This document shows positions 21,657-30,714 of a DNA stretch of 64,000 nucleotides, piece after piece. Position 1 is the first letter of the stretch, and the number at the start of each line of letters is the position of its first letter. The position numbers and the translations under genes are program-made. Origin of the DNA: a plasmid; sequence record NZ_CP097382.1; one strand, 5' to 3'. Under the pieces are notes generated by a model. The model was not told the DNA's origin. It saw only the letters and a list, made by a program, of their open reading frames with translations, and did no database searches.

Positions 21657-21763
21657 TGATCTCTATATTGAATACACGCCCCCTTTTTCTGTACTCATAA
21701 ACCGCGGTCGGTTCCCATATATGTTAATGATGATAAACTTCATTTCTCAATAACACATTAATT

Positions 21764-22036
21764 TTATTTGGTTTTTAAAGACCAACAACTTCCACCATAC
21801 AATGTAGAGCCAACGATTTCTTCCCATATACCATGTTCGATGAGTAAGTGTTTAACCGATTGAAATTCGATAGCGCTTAAAACGCATTCCTCTTCTCCTT
21901 TTGGTGAGATCAGAAGATAACCTTCAGGTATGCGAACAGAGGATTGAAACACAGATTTCGTGGATAAACGATAAAATGTAGTGATTGTGTACGCTCGGCG
22001 TAATAGGATGAGCAGCTGTTCTGTTGATACCGCCAT
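21764..22036 (-). CDS. Hypothetical protein (about 90 aa)
   Basis: An ATG at 22036 is preceded by AGGAGGA. No recognisable domain was found and the longer ORF-table version (to 22114) probably over-extends. Confidence 0.35.
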   Translation of the reverse strand: MAVSTEQLLILLRRAYTITTFYRLSTKSVFQSSVRIPEGYLLISPKGEEECVLSAIEFQSVKHLLIEHGIWEEIVGSTLYGGSCWSLKTK

Positions 22037-22068
22037 ATATTTATCCTCCTTTATAAATAGAAAATAGG

Positions 22069-22317
22069 TTATTTTTTCTGATAACGCAGCTGAATTCGAC
22101 AGACTTGTGAACAACTATAGCCTGTGGCATCGGCGGTTTCACGAATACTCAGCTCTTTGTCTTTTCGGTAATAAATCACTTTCTCATGGCGCTCTTTATC
22201 TGCCTGCTTTCCTTTGTATTTACCTAAATTTTGGGCACGTTCGATACCTTGTTTTTGTCGTTCAAGGCGACTGATCCAATCTTTGTGTGACATGGCCGTC
22301 ATCAAATCAATCAACAT
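22069..22317 (-). pseudogene. Serine recombinase/resolvase, C-terminal fragment (5' part lost to insertion)
   Basis: …ISRLERQKQGIERAQNLGKYKGKQ…ELSIRETADATGYSCSQVCRI resembles the resolvase/invertase C-terminal linker plus HTH. The upstream portion is replaced by the IS6 remnant beginning at 22326. Confidence 0.5.
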
Positions 22318-22325
22318 GGTATTAA

Positions 22326-22794
22326 TGGGCTTGTTGCAAATAATAAATTAGCGTATTTTTTGCCCATGCCCCATGCCCCATGCCCCATGCCCCATGCCCC
22401 ATGCCCCATGCCCCATGCCCAATGGCATGTTTCACGCTAAAACCGTCTCCACATTGAATAAGCGATTCATAAAGGCAGAGCGCTCCCGTACACGAAACTC
22501 GGGTTCATCACGACGTAGCCATTCATCAAATTGACCCTTATTCAGTTTCCGCAAAGTTTCAATGCCTTGGATTGTTGCCCAGGCCCGCTTAGAGATTTTG
22601 AACCCCTCGTTCAGCCAGCATATCACTGACGTTGGCATAACTGAGTGGTGTTGAGCCATACTAACGTAAACACCAAAGGATAATCGTGGAGGCAAAATGT
22701 TTCCATTTGAACTCATTCGCTGACATGGCTTTTCCTAAAGAGAGCATCGACAGTATGAGTGTTTATCAATTAGGTAATTTTTGCAACAAGCCCC
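22326..22794 (-). mobile_element. IS6-family (IS26-like) internally deleted remnant, MITE-like, copy 1
   Basis: Terminal inverted repeats GGGGCTTGTTGCAAA… sit at both ends (IS26 IR-like GGCACTGTTGCAAA). The interior encodes the N- and C-terminal pieces of an IS6 transposase (…FKWKHFASTIILWCLR…, …KRAWATIQGIETLRKLNKGQFDEWL…) with the catalytic core deleted. It is about 95% identical to copy 2 apart from a heptamer repeat expansion. Confidence 0.7.
22362..22424. repeat. Heptanucleotide tandem repeat (CCCCATG)x9 with imperfect end units
   Basis: Direct reading gives gcccatg, then ccccatg seven times, then cccaatg. The IS6-remnant copy at 33154–33583 carries a single unit at the equivalent place. 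Confidence 0.9.
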
Positions 22795-22796
22795 CA

Positions 22797-22813
22797 GATT
22801 GAATACATGACCC
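22797..22813. mobile_element. Solo IS1-type terminal inverted repeat fragment
   Basis: GATTGAATACATGACCC matches the reverse-complement of the IS1-like left end GGGTCATGTATTCAATC and lies immediately next to the IS6 remnant terminus. Confidence 0.4.
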
Positions 22814-23348
22814 TTATTTTCAAACGCTAGGCGAGTTAATATATAAATCAATTTATTATAATATTTCATGGTGTTTTTATAAAATTAGCTTTTCATTATA
22901 AAAGCAGTCACAGTAAGGCCTAATAGGGTACTTGAGAACAAATAGGAGCATGGCCAAATAACCCAAAATAAGCGTATTTACTTGTTTTTATTTGTGCGTA
23001 TATTACAAAATAATACAAATTATAAATATGTGTTTATCCTAGATTAATGTTTTGTTTTTTAATTGTTTATGATTTATTATTCTGCGTTTGGCTTGTCAAT
23101 TTTTGACTAATTAAAATTTAAAAAAATTAACTAACCTAACTTACCTAATGATATGTAGGTAAAATTAAAGGGTATTAAAAATTGTAACATGAGAGTAATT
23201 AAGTAAAAGTTCGATAGGAGACGGTTTGATCTTTAAGTTTTACACCTTATAATTGTACCCGCTTGCTTAAACCCGTTATGAATTTTATATTTATTTAATT
23301 ACTAATTTTAAATTAGTAATTGTTTTCAATTACTGGAAAGATTACTAA

Positions 23349-23682
23349 TATGAAATTTGAAAAGAATAGCATTAATAGTCAGTGCGATAATCTATTTTCA
23401 ATTTACTGTGGAGCTGTTATTAAAAAGATCAGAAAAGAGTGTGGGATGACTGGCACTGAACTGGCAAGAAAATTAAATGTTTCACAGCAACAGATGTCTC
23501 GGTATGAACGAGGTATTAATAAGATTTCAATAGATATGTTATTTAATTTATCAATGGCATTGAATGTCCCATGTGAAAAAGTAATTAAAAATGCTTTACT
23601 TGAAATGGAAAAATCAAATTGTGATGACGAGTTAATATTGAAAAAATTATTAATAGCTTCTAATACCGTCCACTTTTATTAA
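23349..23682 (+). CDS. MrpJ-like HTH regulator located upstream of the major pilin gene
   Basis: …GTELARKLNVSQQQMSRYERGINKISIDMLFNLSMALNV…, about 60% identical to the ORF at 20075. The ORF table starts at a TTG (23320), but the ATG at 23349 is the likely start. A 23-bp perfect palindrome ATTACTAATTTTAAATTAGTAAT lies at 23298–23320. Confidence 0.75.
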
Positions 23683-23763
23683 TCATAGTTAAATAAATAT
23701 TTTTTAGTAATAGTAGTAATAGAAGTAAATCAAGTTGTTTGTTTATAAATCATTGAGGAATAT

Positions 23764-24294
23764 ATGAAGAAAATATTATTATTAGCACTAGTTTCTAGTG
23801 CTATGAGCACTTCTGTACTTGCTGCAGATATGGGCCATGGAAAAGTGAATTTTAAAGGCTCTATTATTGATGCACCATGTTCTATTTCACCAAATTCAAT
23901 TGATCAAACTGTTGAGCTTGGACAAATATCAAATATGGCTTTAGTTAATGGTGGTAAATCTACTCCACGTAATTTTGACATCTCTTTAGAAAATTGTGAT
24001 TTAACTGACGTAGAGAAAGGTGTTCAATTAACATTTAGTGGTGCAGCGGCTTCATTTGATAATTCAAACAAAACGTTAGGTATCGTTGGTACTGGTGCAG
24101 GAGCAGGCATACAAATTACAAATGGTGGCGGGAATGTAATTACGTTAGGTACACCAATACCATTCCAAAATATTCAAGATGGGAATAATACCCTGCGTTT
24201 CTCGGCGTATTTAATGGGTAATGGTGGTGATATTAAAACTATTACTGCCGGTGAATTTAGCTCCGTAGCTGACTTTACGCTGTCATACGAATAA
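23764..24294 (+). CDS. mrpA: Major fimbrial subunit, MrpA-like (MR/P-type)
   Basis: 176 aa with a signal peptide, …GSIIDAPCSISPN…NCD… and a C-terminal …FTLSYE. AGGAA lies 6 bp upstream of the ATG. I recognise an MrpA-like pattern but cannot verify it. Confidence 0.85.
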   Translation: MKKILLLALVSSAMSTSVLAADMGHGKVNFKGSIIDAPCSISPNSIDQTVELGQISNMALVNGGKSTPRNFDISLENCDLTDVEKGVQLTFSGAAASFDNSNKTLGIVGTGAGAGIQITNGGGNVITLGTPIPFQNIQDGNNTLRFSAYLMGNGGDIKTITAGEFSSVADFTLSYE

Positions 24295-24370
24295 TCAATA
24301 TTTAGTAGCTAGCAAAAAAGGATATTTTGCTGGCTTATTTCAAATGGAAGCCAGCGTAGGAGAGGAAGCA

Positions 24371-24907
24371 ATGAAATATTTAATGATCAGTAAACTGCTT
24401 TCGTTGAGTCTTAGTATGTATTCTCTCATAAATATTTCCCCTGCCAATGCGCTAGGTTTGGTAAAGATGAGTGGCAGTATCATTGAAACAGCCTGTGCTA
24501 TTGATGTTGGTAGCCGTGATCAAACTATTAATATGGGAAGCCTCTCTCTGAGTGATATCCGTCGAGATGGTCAAGGCCCAGTACATCCGTTTGTTATTAA
24601 GTTAGTTAATTGTGTTCTTGAACGTCAAAACCCGAATAAACCTAATTGGCAATACTTTCGAGTCACCTTTGATGGTGCACATCAACACGGATTATTTAGT
24701 GTGAATGGTCAAGCCAAAGGTGTTGGACTACAAATTCAACGTAATGATGGCAGAGAAATTATTGTTCCAGGACAAGCTCTATCTGCTCAAACTTTGACGC
24801 AAGGCTCCCGTGATTTAGCTTACGAATTAAGGTTGGTAGCTAATCATACTCCATTAGTATCAGGGCAGTACTACAGCCAATTAAGCTTTAAATTGGATTA
24901 TGAATAA
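24371..24907 (+). CDS. Fimbrial subunit, MrpB-like
   Basis: Pilin-like sequence ending …LSFKLDYE, with conserved Cys residues and the second operon position. Confidence 0.7.
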   Translation: MKYLMISKLLSLSLSMYSLINISPANALGLVKMSGSIIETACAIDVGSRDQTINMGSLSLSDIRRDGQGPVHPFVIKLVNCVLERQNPNKPNWQYFRVTFDGAHQHGLFSVNGQAKGVGLQIQRNDGREIIVPGQALSAQTLTQGSRDLAYELRLVANHTPLVSGQYYSQLSFKLDYE

Positions 24908-25001
24908 TTCAATTATTAATTTTATATGTCAAAACCAAGTATTGATTTTGAATAAAAAAGCTAAATGGTTTTATTAATAAAAAAGAAATAAGAAGGTCGA
25001 G

Positions 25002-27662
25002 ATGATGGCCCTAGGTTTTATTCATATGCCGTTGTTACGGGTAAGCCGTCCTCGGTTGATGGGACTACTTATTGCTTTATCCCTAAGTTGTAATAGCTAC
25101 GCTGAGCAGATTGAATTTAATACGGATATTTTAGATGTCAATGACCGCGCAAATATTAATTTAGCTCAGTTTTCACGTCCAGGCTTTTTAATGCCAGGAG
25201 AATATCGTTTTTCTATTTTTATAAATAAGCATCAACTACCTGAACAAACCGTATTTTATTATGTACCCGATGGTCAGCCAGATGAGAGCGTGGCCTGTTT
25301 AAGCCCTACATTAGTTGAGCAACTCGCGCTTAAACCTGATTTATTGCCAACCCTAAAATGGTGGCATGATGGGCAGTGTTTATCACTAGAAAGCTTACCG
25401 GGCACTGAAGTTAAAGGGGATTTAGCTGCTTCCGCTTTATATGTCAGTTTACCACAAGCATATTTGGAATATACAGCCGAAAACTGGGATCCACCTGCTC
25501 GTTGGGAAGATGGATTACCTGGCGCTCTTTTTGATTATAACCTCAATGCACAGGTTGGTCAGCAAACTCGAGGCGGACAACGAACAAATGTCAGTACCAG
25601 CGGTAATGGTGTTGCGGGTGTTAACTTAGGTGTATGGCGTATGCGTGCTGATTGGCAAATGCGTTTAGACAAACAGCAAGGACAAGATACTTCTAGTTCA
25701 TTAGATTGGACTCGATACTATGTCTATCGTGCAATTAAATCTCTCGGGGCAAAACTCACTTTAGGTGAAGATTATTTAGCCTCAGATATTTTTGACAGTT
25801 TTCGATTTACGGGACTCAGTCTGATCACCGACATCAATATGTTACCACCTAATTTACGGGGATATGCCCCCGAAATAACAGGTGTAGCTAAAAGTAATGC
25901 TACCGTTATTGTGAGTCAGCAAGGCCGTATTATTTATCAAACACAAGTTGCCGCTGGCCCTTTTCGTATTCAAGACTTAAATGATGCACTATCCGGTGAG
26001 ATTAATGTTGAAGTTAAAGAACAAGATGGCTCAATTCAAACGTTTACGGTGAATACAGCCAGTGTTCCTTATCTCACTCGCCCAGGCCAAGTACGTTATA
26101 AGCTTGCCGCTGGACGTCCAACTGATTGGCGCCACCATGTGAGCGGTGAAACGTTTGCCAGCAGCGAGTTTTCGTGGGGAGTAAATAACGGTTGGTCATT
26201 ATATGGTGGCGGCGTTGCAGCGGAGAATTACACTTCCGTTGCGGTTGGTATCGGTCGAGATCTGATGACGTTTGGCGCGCTGTCTTTTGATATCACCCAT
26301 GCGCGTTCACGGTTAAAAGGGTTAACTGAAGTCGGCGATAAAACGTATCACGGTAATTCATATCGTTTGAGCTATTCAAAACGATTTGATGCCTACAATA
26401 GCCAAGTGACATTTGCGGGATATCGTTTTGCTGAGCAAGGTTTTATGAGTATGTCTGAGTACTTAAATGCCCAGTCTACGGGTGTCCGCCAGTATAGCAG
26501 TAAGGAAATGTATACGGTTTCCTATAACCAACAATTTCCGGAGTTGGGGCTCAGTGCTTATATAAATTATTACCATCAAACCTACTGGGATCAGCCTGAT
26601 AATGACCGTTATAGTCTGTCTTTAGCACGTTATTTTGATATCGGGAAATGGAAAAATTTAAGTGTTAACTTGACGGCTTATCGAAATCGTTATCGGCAGA
26701 CTAATGATGATGGGGCCTACCTTTCCTTTTCATTGCCTTGGGGGGAGAGTGGCTCGCTTAGCATGAACAGCAGTTGGGATGAGAGTGATAATTCTCAACG
26801 AGTCAGTTATTACGATCGATTAGATGAACGTACTAATTACCAATTAAGTACCGGATGGTCTCGTTCTGGTGGGTTAGTGAGTGGTTATTACACACATCAA
26901 GCTGATTTGGCTCAAATCAATGCAAATGCCACTTATCAGCAAGATAGATATCGTTCTGCTGGCTTATCACTTCAAGGTGGTTTTACGGCGATTAAGCAAG
27001 GTGTGGTGATGCATCGTGGTAATCAGCTTGGGGGGACTCGAATTTTTGTTGATACGGATGGTGTTCCGAATATCCCATTACGAGGTTATGGCTCAACTAT
27101 TCGAACAAACTATTTTGGTCAGGCTGTATTAACAGATGTGAACAGTTATTACCGTAATCAGGTCAGTGTCGATTTAAATACATTACCTGAAGATGCTCAG
27201 GTATCACAATCGATTAAGCAAGGTACCTTAACAGAAGGTGCTATTGGTTACCGCCAGTTTGATGTTGTCGCTGGACACAGTGCAATGGCCTTATTGCGTT
27301 TATCTGATAATAGGTTCCCCCCATTTGGAGCACAAGTTTTCAATATAAAAGGCCAACAAGTGGGAATGGTGGGGGATGATGGGAGTACGTATTTAACGGG
27401 GCTCAACCCTAACGATAAATTACAAGTTCGTTGGGATGACAAAGCACAATGTGAAATCACCTTACCTAAAATATTACCGAAGAGCGACACGTTGTTAACG
27501 AATTGGTTATTACCGTGCGATGCGACTGGCATCTTACCCATAGAGCAGACACAGATAGTTGTTGAATCGAATACAGCCAGTTTACCGTCGCCTCATTCAT
27601 TAATTTCTGAGGCATCAGATAAACCGGGTTTGGCCAGCTCAGCGAGCTGGTTAAGAAAATAA
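25002..27662 (+). CDS. Fimbrial usher, MrpC-like
   Basis: 886 aa with a signal peptide and usher domains. The C-terminal …GDDGSTYLTGLNPNDKLQVRWDDKAQCEITLP… is present. Confidence 0.9.
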   Translation: MMALGFIHMPLLRVSRPRLMGLLIALSLSCNSYAEQIEFNTDILDVNDRANINLAQFSRPGFLMPGEYRFSIFINKHQLPEQTVFYYVPDGQPDESVACLSPTLVEQLALKPDLLPTLKWWHDGQCLSLESLPGTEVKGDLAASALYVSLPQAYLEYTAENWDPPARWEDGLPGALFDYNLNAQVGQQTRGGQRTNVSTSGNGVAGVNLGVWRMRADWQMRLDKQQGQDTSSSLDWTRYYVYRAIKSLGAKLTLGEDYLASDIFDSFRFTGLSLITDINMLPPNLRGYAPEITGVAKSNATVIVSQQGRIIYQTQVAAGPFRIQDLNDALSGEINVEVKEQDGSIQTFTVNTASVPYLTRPGQVRYKLAAGRPTDWRHHVSGETFASSEFSWGVNNGWSLYGGGVAAENYTSVAVGIGRDLMTFGALSFDITHARSRLKGLTEVGDKTYHGNSYRLSYSKRFDAYNSQVTFAGYRFAEQGFMSMSEYLNAQSTGVRQYSSKEMYTVSYNQQFPELGLSAYINYYHQTYWDQPDNDRYSLSLARYFDIGKWKNLSVNLTAYRNRYRQTNDDGAYLSFSLPWGESGSLSMNSSWDESDNSQRVSYYDRLDERTNYQLSTGWSRSGGLVSGYYTHQADLAQINANATYQQDRYRSAGLSLQGGFTAIKQGVVMHRGNQLGGTRIFVDTDGVPNIPLRGYGSTIRTNYFGQAVLTDVNSYYRNQVSVDLNTLPEDAQVSQSIKQGTLTEGAIGYRQFDVVAGHSAMALLRLSDNRFPPFGAQVFNIKGQQVGMVGDDGSTYLTGLNPNDKLQVRWDDKAQCEITLPKILPKSDTLLTNWLLPCDATGILPIEQTQIVVESNTASLPSPHSLISEASDKPGLASSASWLRK

Positions 27663-27714
27663 AAAATAACATGATTGAAGAAGGTTATCCCTCCTTCATA
27701 CTAAGGTAAAAAAT

Positions 27715-28491
27715 ATGTTACAGAGTAATAAAACCAATAAAAAAAATCATCATCTAATTGCCATTTTTTTGGTTGGAGCAGTGTTGATATCCGGGACACT
27801 GTCTTCCGCGCAAGCTGCAATCGCTTTAGATCGCACACGTGCAATTATGACGGGTGAAGATAAATCTATTAGCTTAAATATCAGTAATGAAAATAAACAA
27901 TTACCTTATTTAGCGCAAGGCTGGATTGAAAATGCCCAAGGTGAAAAAATCACGGAACCTTTTACAGTATTACCTCCCGTTCAGCGTGTTGAACCTGGTG
28001 CTAAAAGCCAAGTAAAAATTCAAGCACTACCGAGTGTTGCGTCACTGCCGCAAGACAGGGAATCCGTTTATTATTTCAATTTACGTGAAATCCCACCTAA
28101 AAGTGATAAACCGAACACACTTCAGCTGGCATTACAAACGCGAATTAAGTTGTTTTATCGCCCAAAGGCGATTATTCCAACTCGCCAACAAATGGAGAAT
28201 CCATGGCAAGAAAAAATCACCCTCATTCGTCAAGGTGACCAATACAGTGTGGAGAATCCAACGCCGTATTTTGTAACGCTTGTTGATGCTGCTTCAGTGA
28301 AAGATGGAAAAACAGTCGCGGGGTTTGAACCGTTGATGGTTGCACCTAAAAGCAGTTTGCTTATGGGGGGGAGTACTAAAGCCTTAGGAAGTAAGCCTGT
28401 ACTCACTTATATCAATGATTATGGTGGGCGACCAACGTTGATGTTTACTTGTCAAGATAATCGCTGTCATGTGGTATCAGATAAACAGTAG
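27715..28491 (+). CDS. Fimbrial periplasmic chaperone, MrpD-like
   Basis: 258 aa with a signal peptide and PapD-like motifs (…ISNENKQLPYLAQGWIEN…, …YYFNLREIPP…). Confidence 0.9.
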   Translation: MLQSNKTNKKNHHLIAIFLVGAVLISGTLSSAQAAIALDRTRAIMTGEDKSISLNISNENKQLPYLAQGWIENAQGEKITEPFTVLPPVQRVEPGAKSQVKIQALPSVASLPQDRESVYYFNLREIPPKSDKPNTLQLALQTRIKLFYRPKAIIPTRQQMENPWQEKITLIRQGDQYSVENPTPYFVTLVDAASVKDGKTVAGFEPLMVAPKSSLLMGGSTKALGSKPVLTYINDYGGRPTLMFTCQDNRCHVVSDKQ

Positions 28492-28502
28492 CTTAGAACA
28501 AG

Positions 28503-29147
28503 ATGACGTTAAAGCAGATTTCAACGCAGGAGAGCCTCATGAAAGAAGCAAATAAGATCCCTCATTGTATGATGGCGTGCGGTTTAGGATTGTCCTTACT
28601 CAGTAGCACAGCACTCAGTACTGAACTCGATAAAGTGGATAACTGGGATGTCGATGGTGCTAATGGCACATTATATGTACACGGAGCTTTAACGGAAAGT
28701 GCTTGTCGATTAGCGATGTCGTCAGCATATCAAACAGTTGAACTGGGGATATTAGGCACAGGGCAATTACAGAAAGTTGGTCAAACAGGTACCCCTATCG
28801 CGGTACAACTGCGTTTAGAAGATTGTTTAAGTGGTGAAAGTCGTAATCGTAATAAACTCGGAAACTTATTGTGGAGTCCTGATATGCCTGCAATGAAAAT
28901 TCGTTTTTTGGCAGAGGCGGACAATCAAAGCCCACAATTAGCTGCCGTTACGGGGGCGCAAGGAATCGCATTACAATTGAGTAATGCTTCTTATCATCCT
29001 ATTGCAATAGGGGAATACAGTACTCCTGAGCTAGTTTCTCCAGGGCAGAATCAATTGACCTATTATATTACCCCGATCCGTACTACAGCAGGATTAAGTT
29101 CGGGAGCTTATCAGGCAATTATTCGCTTTCAGGTCAGTTATGATTAG
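28503..29147 (+). CDS. Fimbrial minor subunit
   Basis: 214 aa with a signal peptide, a pilin Cys pair and a C-terminal …RFQVSYD. Confidence 0.7.
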   Translation: MTLKQISTQESLMKEANKIPHCMMACGLGLSLLSSTALSTELDKVDNWDVDGANGTLYVHGALTESACRLAMSSAYQTVELGILGTGQLQKVGQTGTPIAVQLRLEDCLSGESRNRNKLGNLLWSPDMPAMKIRFLAEADNQSPQLAAVTGAQGIALQLSNASYHPIAIGEYSTPELVSPGQNQLTYYITPIRTTAGLSSGAYQAIIRFQVSYD

Positions 29148-29156
29148 GAGTTAACG

Positions 29157-29693
29157 ATGTTATTGATACAGCATGCGACCATAGGGATTAAAGGCTTTAT
29201 TACGCTCAGCTTTCTTTTTTTTAGCTCGCTATTATTTGAAAGTCTATTTCATGTCGTACGTGCGGACACTGCAAATCTGAATTTAACGTTGACCATTACG
29301 ATGCCTCCACAGTGTACGTTTGGTGGTGGTAGTTCAATACAAATTGTACGTTTTGAAGAGGTACAACAAGGATTAATTGATGGAGTGAGTTATAAGCGAA
29401 CCCCTATTGATACCGGATTATCTTGCCGTGCATTAGAAAAAAATGCGTTGAATATGGCGTTGTCATGGGATCCGGTAACCTTTAATGGCGTTTCTGCTAT
29501 CAGTACAAGCCGAACAAATTTGGGTATTGCCATTTATCGGGATTCGACTCGCTTAAGTAACGGCGCATCAATTAACTTTACTTACGGTAATCCTCCGAAC
29601 TTGTACGCAGTACCGATAAAACCTAGCGGTATGATGCTTAGTGATGCGGGATCTTTTACTGGCACAATGACAGTGACGTTAAATTATCAATAA
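29157..29693 (+). CDS. Fimbrial minor subunit, tandem paralog 1 of 4
   Basis: …PPQCTFGGGSSIQIVRFEEVQQGLIDGVSYKRTPID…NLGIAIYRDSTRLSNGASINFTYGNPPNLYAVPIKPSG…TLNYQ. Confidence 0.75.
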   Translation: MLLIQHATIGIKGFITLSFLFFSSLLFESLFHVVRADTANLNLTLTITMPPQCTFGGGSSIQIVRFEEVQQGLIDGVSYKRTPIDTGLSCRALEKNALNMALSWDPVTFNGVSAISTSRTNLGIAIYRDSTRLSNGASINFTYGNPPNLYAVPIKPSGMMLSDAGSFTGTMTVTLNYQ

Positions 29694-30206
29694 ATGTGGG
29701 ACTATCTCATGAATAATACTCTCTTTGTTCGGTGTTTTATCGGCCTGCTTTGTTTATTAAGTCCGATATTATCACGAGCATTGGATGTCTATTTTACAGG
29801 AACATTGGTTGTCACGCCGCCAGAATGTACCGTGAATAGTGGTACTGTGGCAGATGTCAATTTTGGCGATATCCATGAAACACTGATTGACAATAGCAGT
29901 TATAAACGCACACGTATTGATTACACGTTAAATTGTACGAATGTCTATAGCAATGCATTAAAGATGACGGTCAGCTGGAACCCGATTACGCTCAATGGGC
30001 AAAATGTTATTCGTACTGGTCGGACGAATCTCGGGATAGCGGTTTATCAGAATTCGACTCGATTAAGTAATGGTGATGTTGTGAATTTCACTTATGGTAG
30101 CAATCAACCTGCACTTTATGCAGTACCAGTAAAACCCTCGGGAACGGTATTAACTGATGGCGGAAATTTTAATGGGACATTAACTTTTGTGGTGGATTAC
30201 CGTTAA
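29694..30206 (+). CDS. Fimbrial minor subunit, tandem paralog 2 of 4
   Basis: …PPECTVNSGTVADVNFGDIHETLIDNSSYKRTRID…NLGIAVYQNSTRLSNGDVVNFTYGS…LYAVPVKPSG…VVDYR, about 60% identical to paralog 1. Confidence 0.75.
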   Translation: MWDYLMNNTLFVRCFIGLLCLLSPILSRALDVYFTGTLVVTPPECTVNSGTVADVNFGDIHETLIDNSSYKRTRIDYTLNCTNVYSNALKMTVSWNPITLNGQNVIRTGRTNLGIAVYQNSTRLSNGDVVNFTYGSNQPALYAVPVKPSGTVLTDGGNFNGTLTFVVDYR

Positions 30207-30216
30207 GGAGAACAAG

Positions 30217-30714
30217 ATGAAATTTATTCACCGACAACAAGTAGCTCTCTGCTTTTTTTGTGTAATAAGCTCTCCATTTGCATTGGGGTTAGGGGCAAAT
30301 CTTTACGGTAATTTAATCGTGACGCCACCTGAATGTATTCTAAATAACAATAATCAAGCGGAGATTCATTTTGGTGATATTTTATTAACGCGCATTGACG
30401 GTAATAACTACTTACAAACATTGCCATTGAGTCTATCGTGTACAGGATTAGCAAAAAATAATCTGACATTGATCTTAGAAGGCGACCCTACATTGTTTAA
30501 TAGCAATGGCGCATTAAAAACAAGCAATGATAAATTAGGCGTTATTTTTTATGTTAACAATATCAGGCAAGCAATTAACCAGCCGGTGAATATTAATTAT
30601 ACTTCTTTGCCTTCTTTAAAAGCTGCGCCGATTAAAAATATGACTGCAAGCTTTAATGATACAGATGGTGGTAGTTTTACTGCATTGGCGACATTAAAGG
30701 TGGACTATCAATGA
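30217..30714 (+). CDS. Fimbrial minor subunit, tandem paralog 3 of 4
   Basis: …PPECILNNNNQAEIHFGDILLTRIDGNNY…KLGVIFYVNN…LKAAPIKN…LKVDYQ. It uses the ATG at 30217 and overlaps the previous gene end. Confidence 0.7.
   Translation: MKFIHRQQVALCFFCVISSPFALGLGANLYGNLIVTPPECILNNNNQAEIHFGDILLTRIDGNNYLQTLPLSLSCTGLAKNNLTLILEGDPTLFNSNGALKTSNDKLGVIFYVNNIRQAINQPVNINYTSLPSLKAAPIKNMTASFNDTDGGSFTALATLKVDYQ

Larger units (their letters stand above)
20898..21678 (+). mobile_element. IS1-family insertion sequence (insB decayed)
   Basis: About 780 bp with inverted ends GGGTCATGTATTCAATC… and …TATTGAATACAC. InsA is intact (MTKVDVRCAFCLQTSSVKKHGLGSTGNQHYRCQDCSRSFQ…), whereas InsB is present only as shifted fragments (…RLKRIIAHIFGRR…, …FWCADKFSAYE…RIERENLNLRNRLKRLNRKTLGYSKS…). 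Confidence 0.75.

Noticed and set aside
22362-22424. Possibility that the tandem heptamer array is a CRISPR-like or minisatellite array
   Set aside because: The units are 7 bp, directly abutting, with no spacers, which makes this a simple microsatellite expansion and not a CRISPR array.
22810-23348. Searched for an MrpI/FimB-type invertible promoter element (recombinase gene plus about 20-bp inverted repeats flanking about 250–300 bp) upstream of mrpA
   Set aside because: There is no recombinase gene adjacent to the operon. The palindromes found (23298–23320, and TTACCTA-N8-TAGGTAA at about 23140) are short operator-like dyads, not separated inverted repeats bounding a switch. The tyrosine recombinase at 11213 is 11 kb away in the plasmid backbone.
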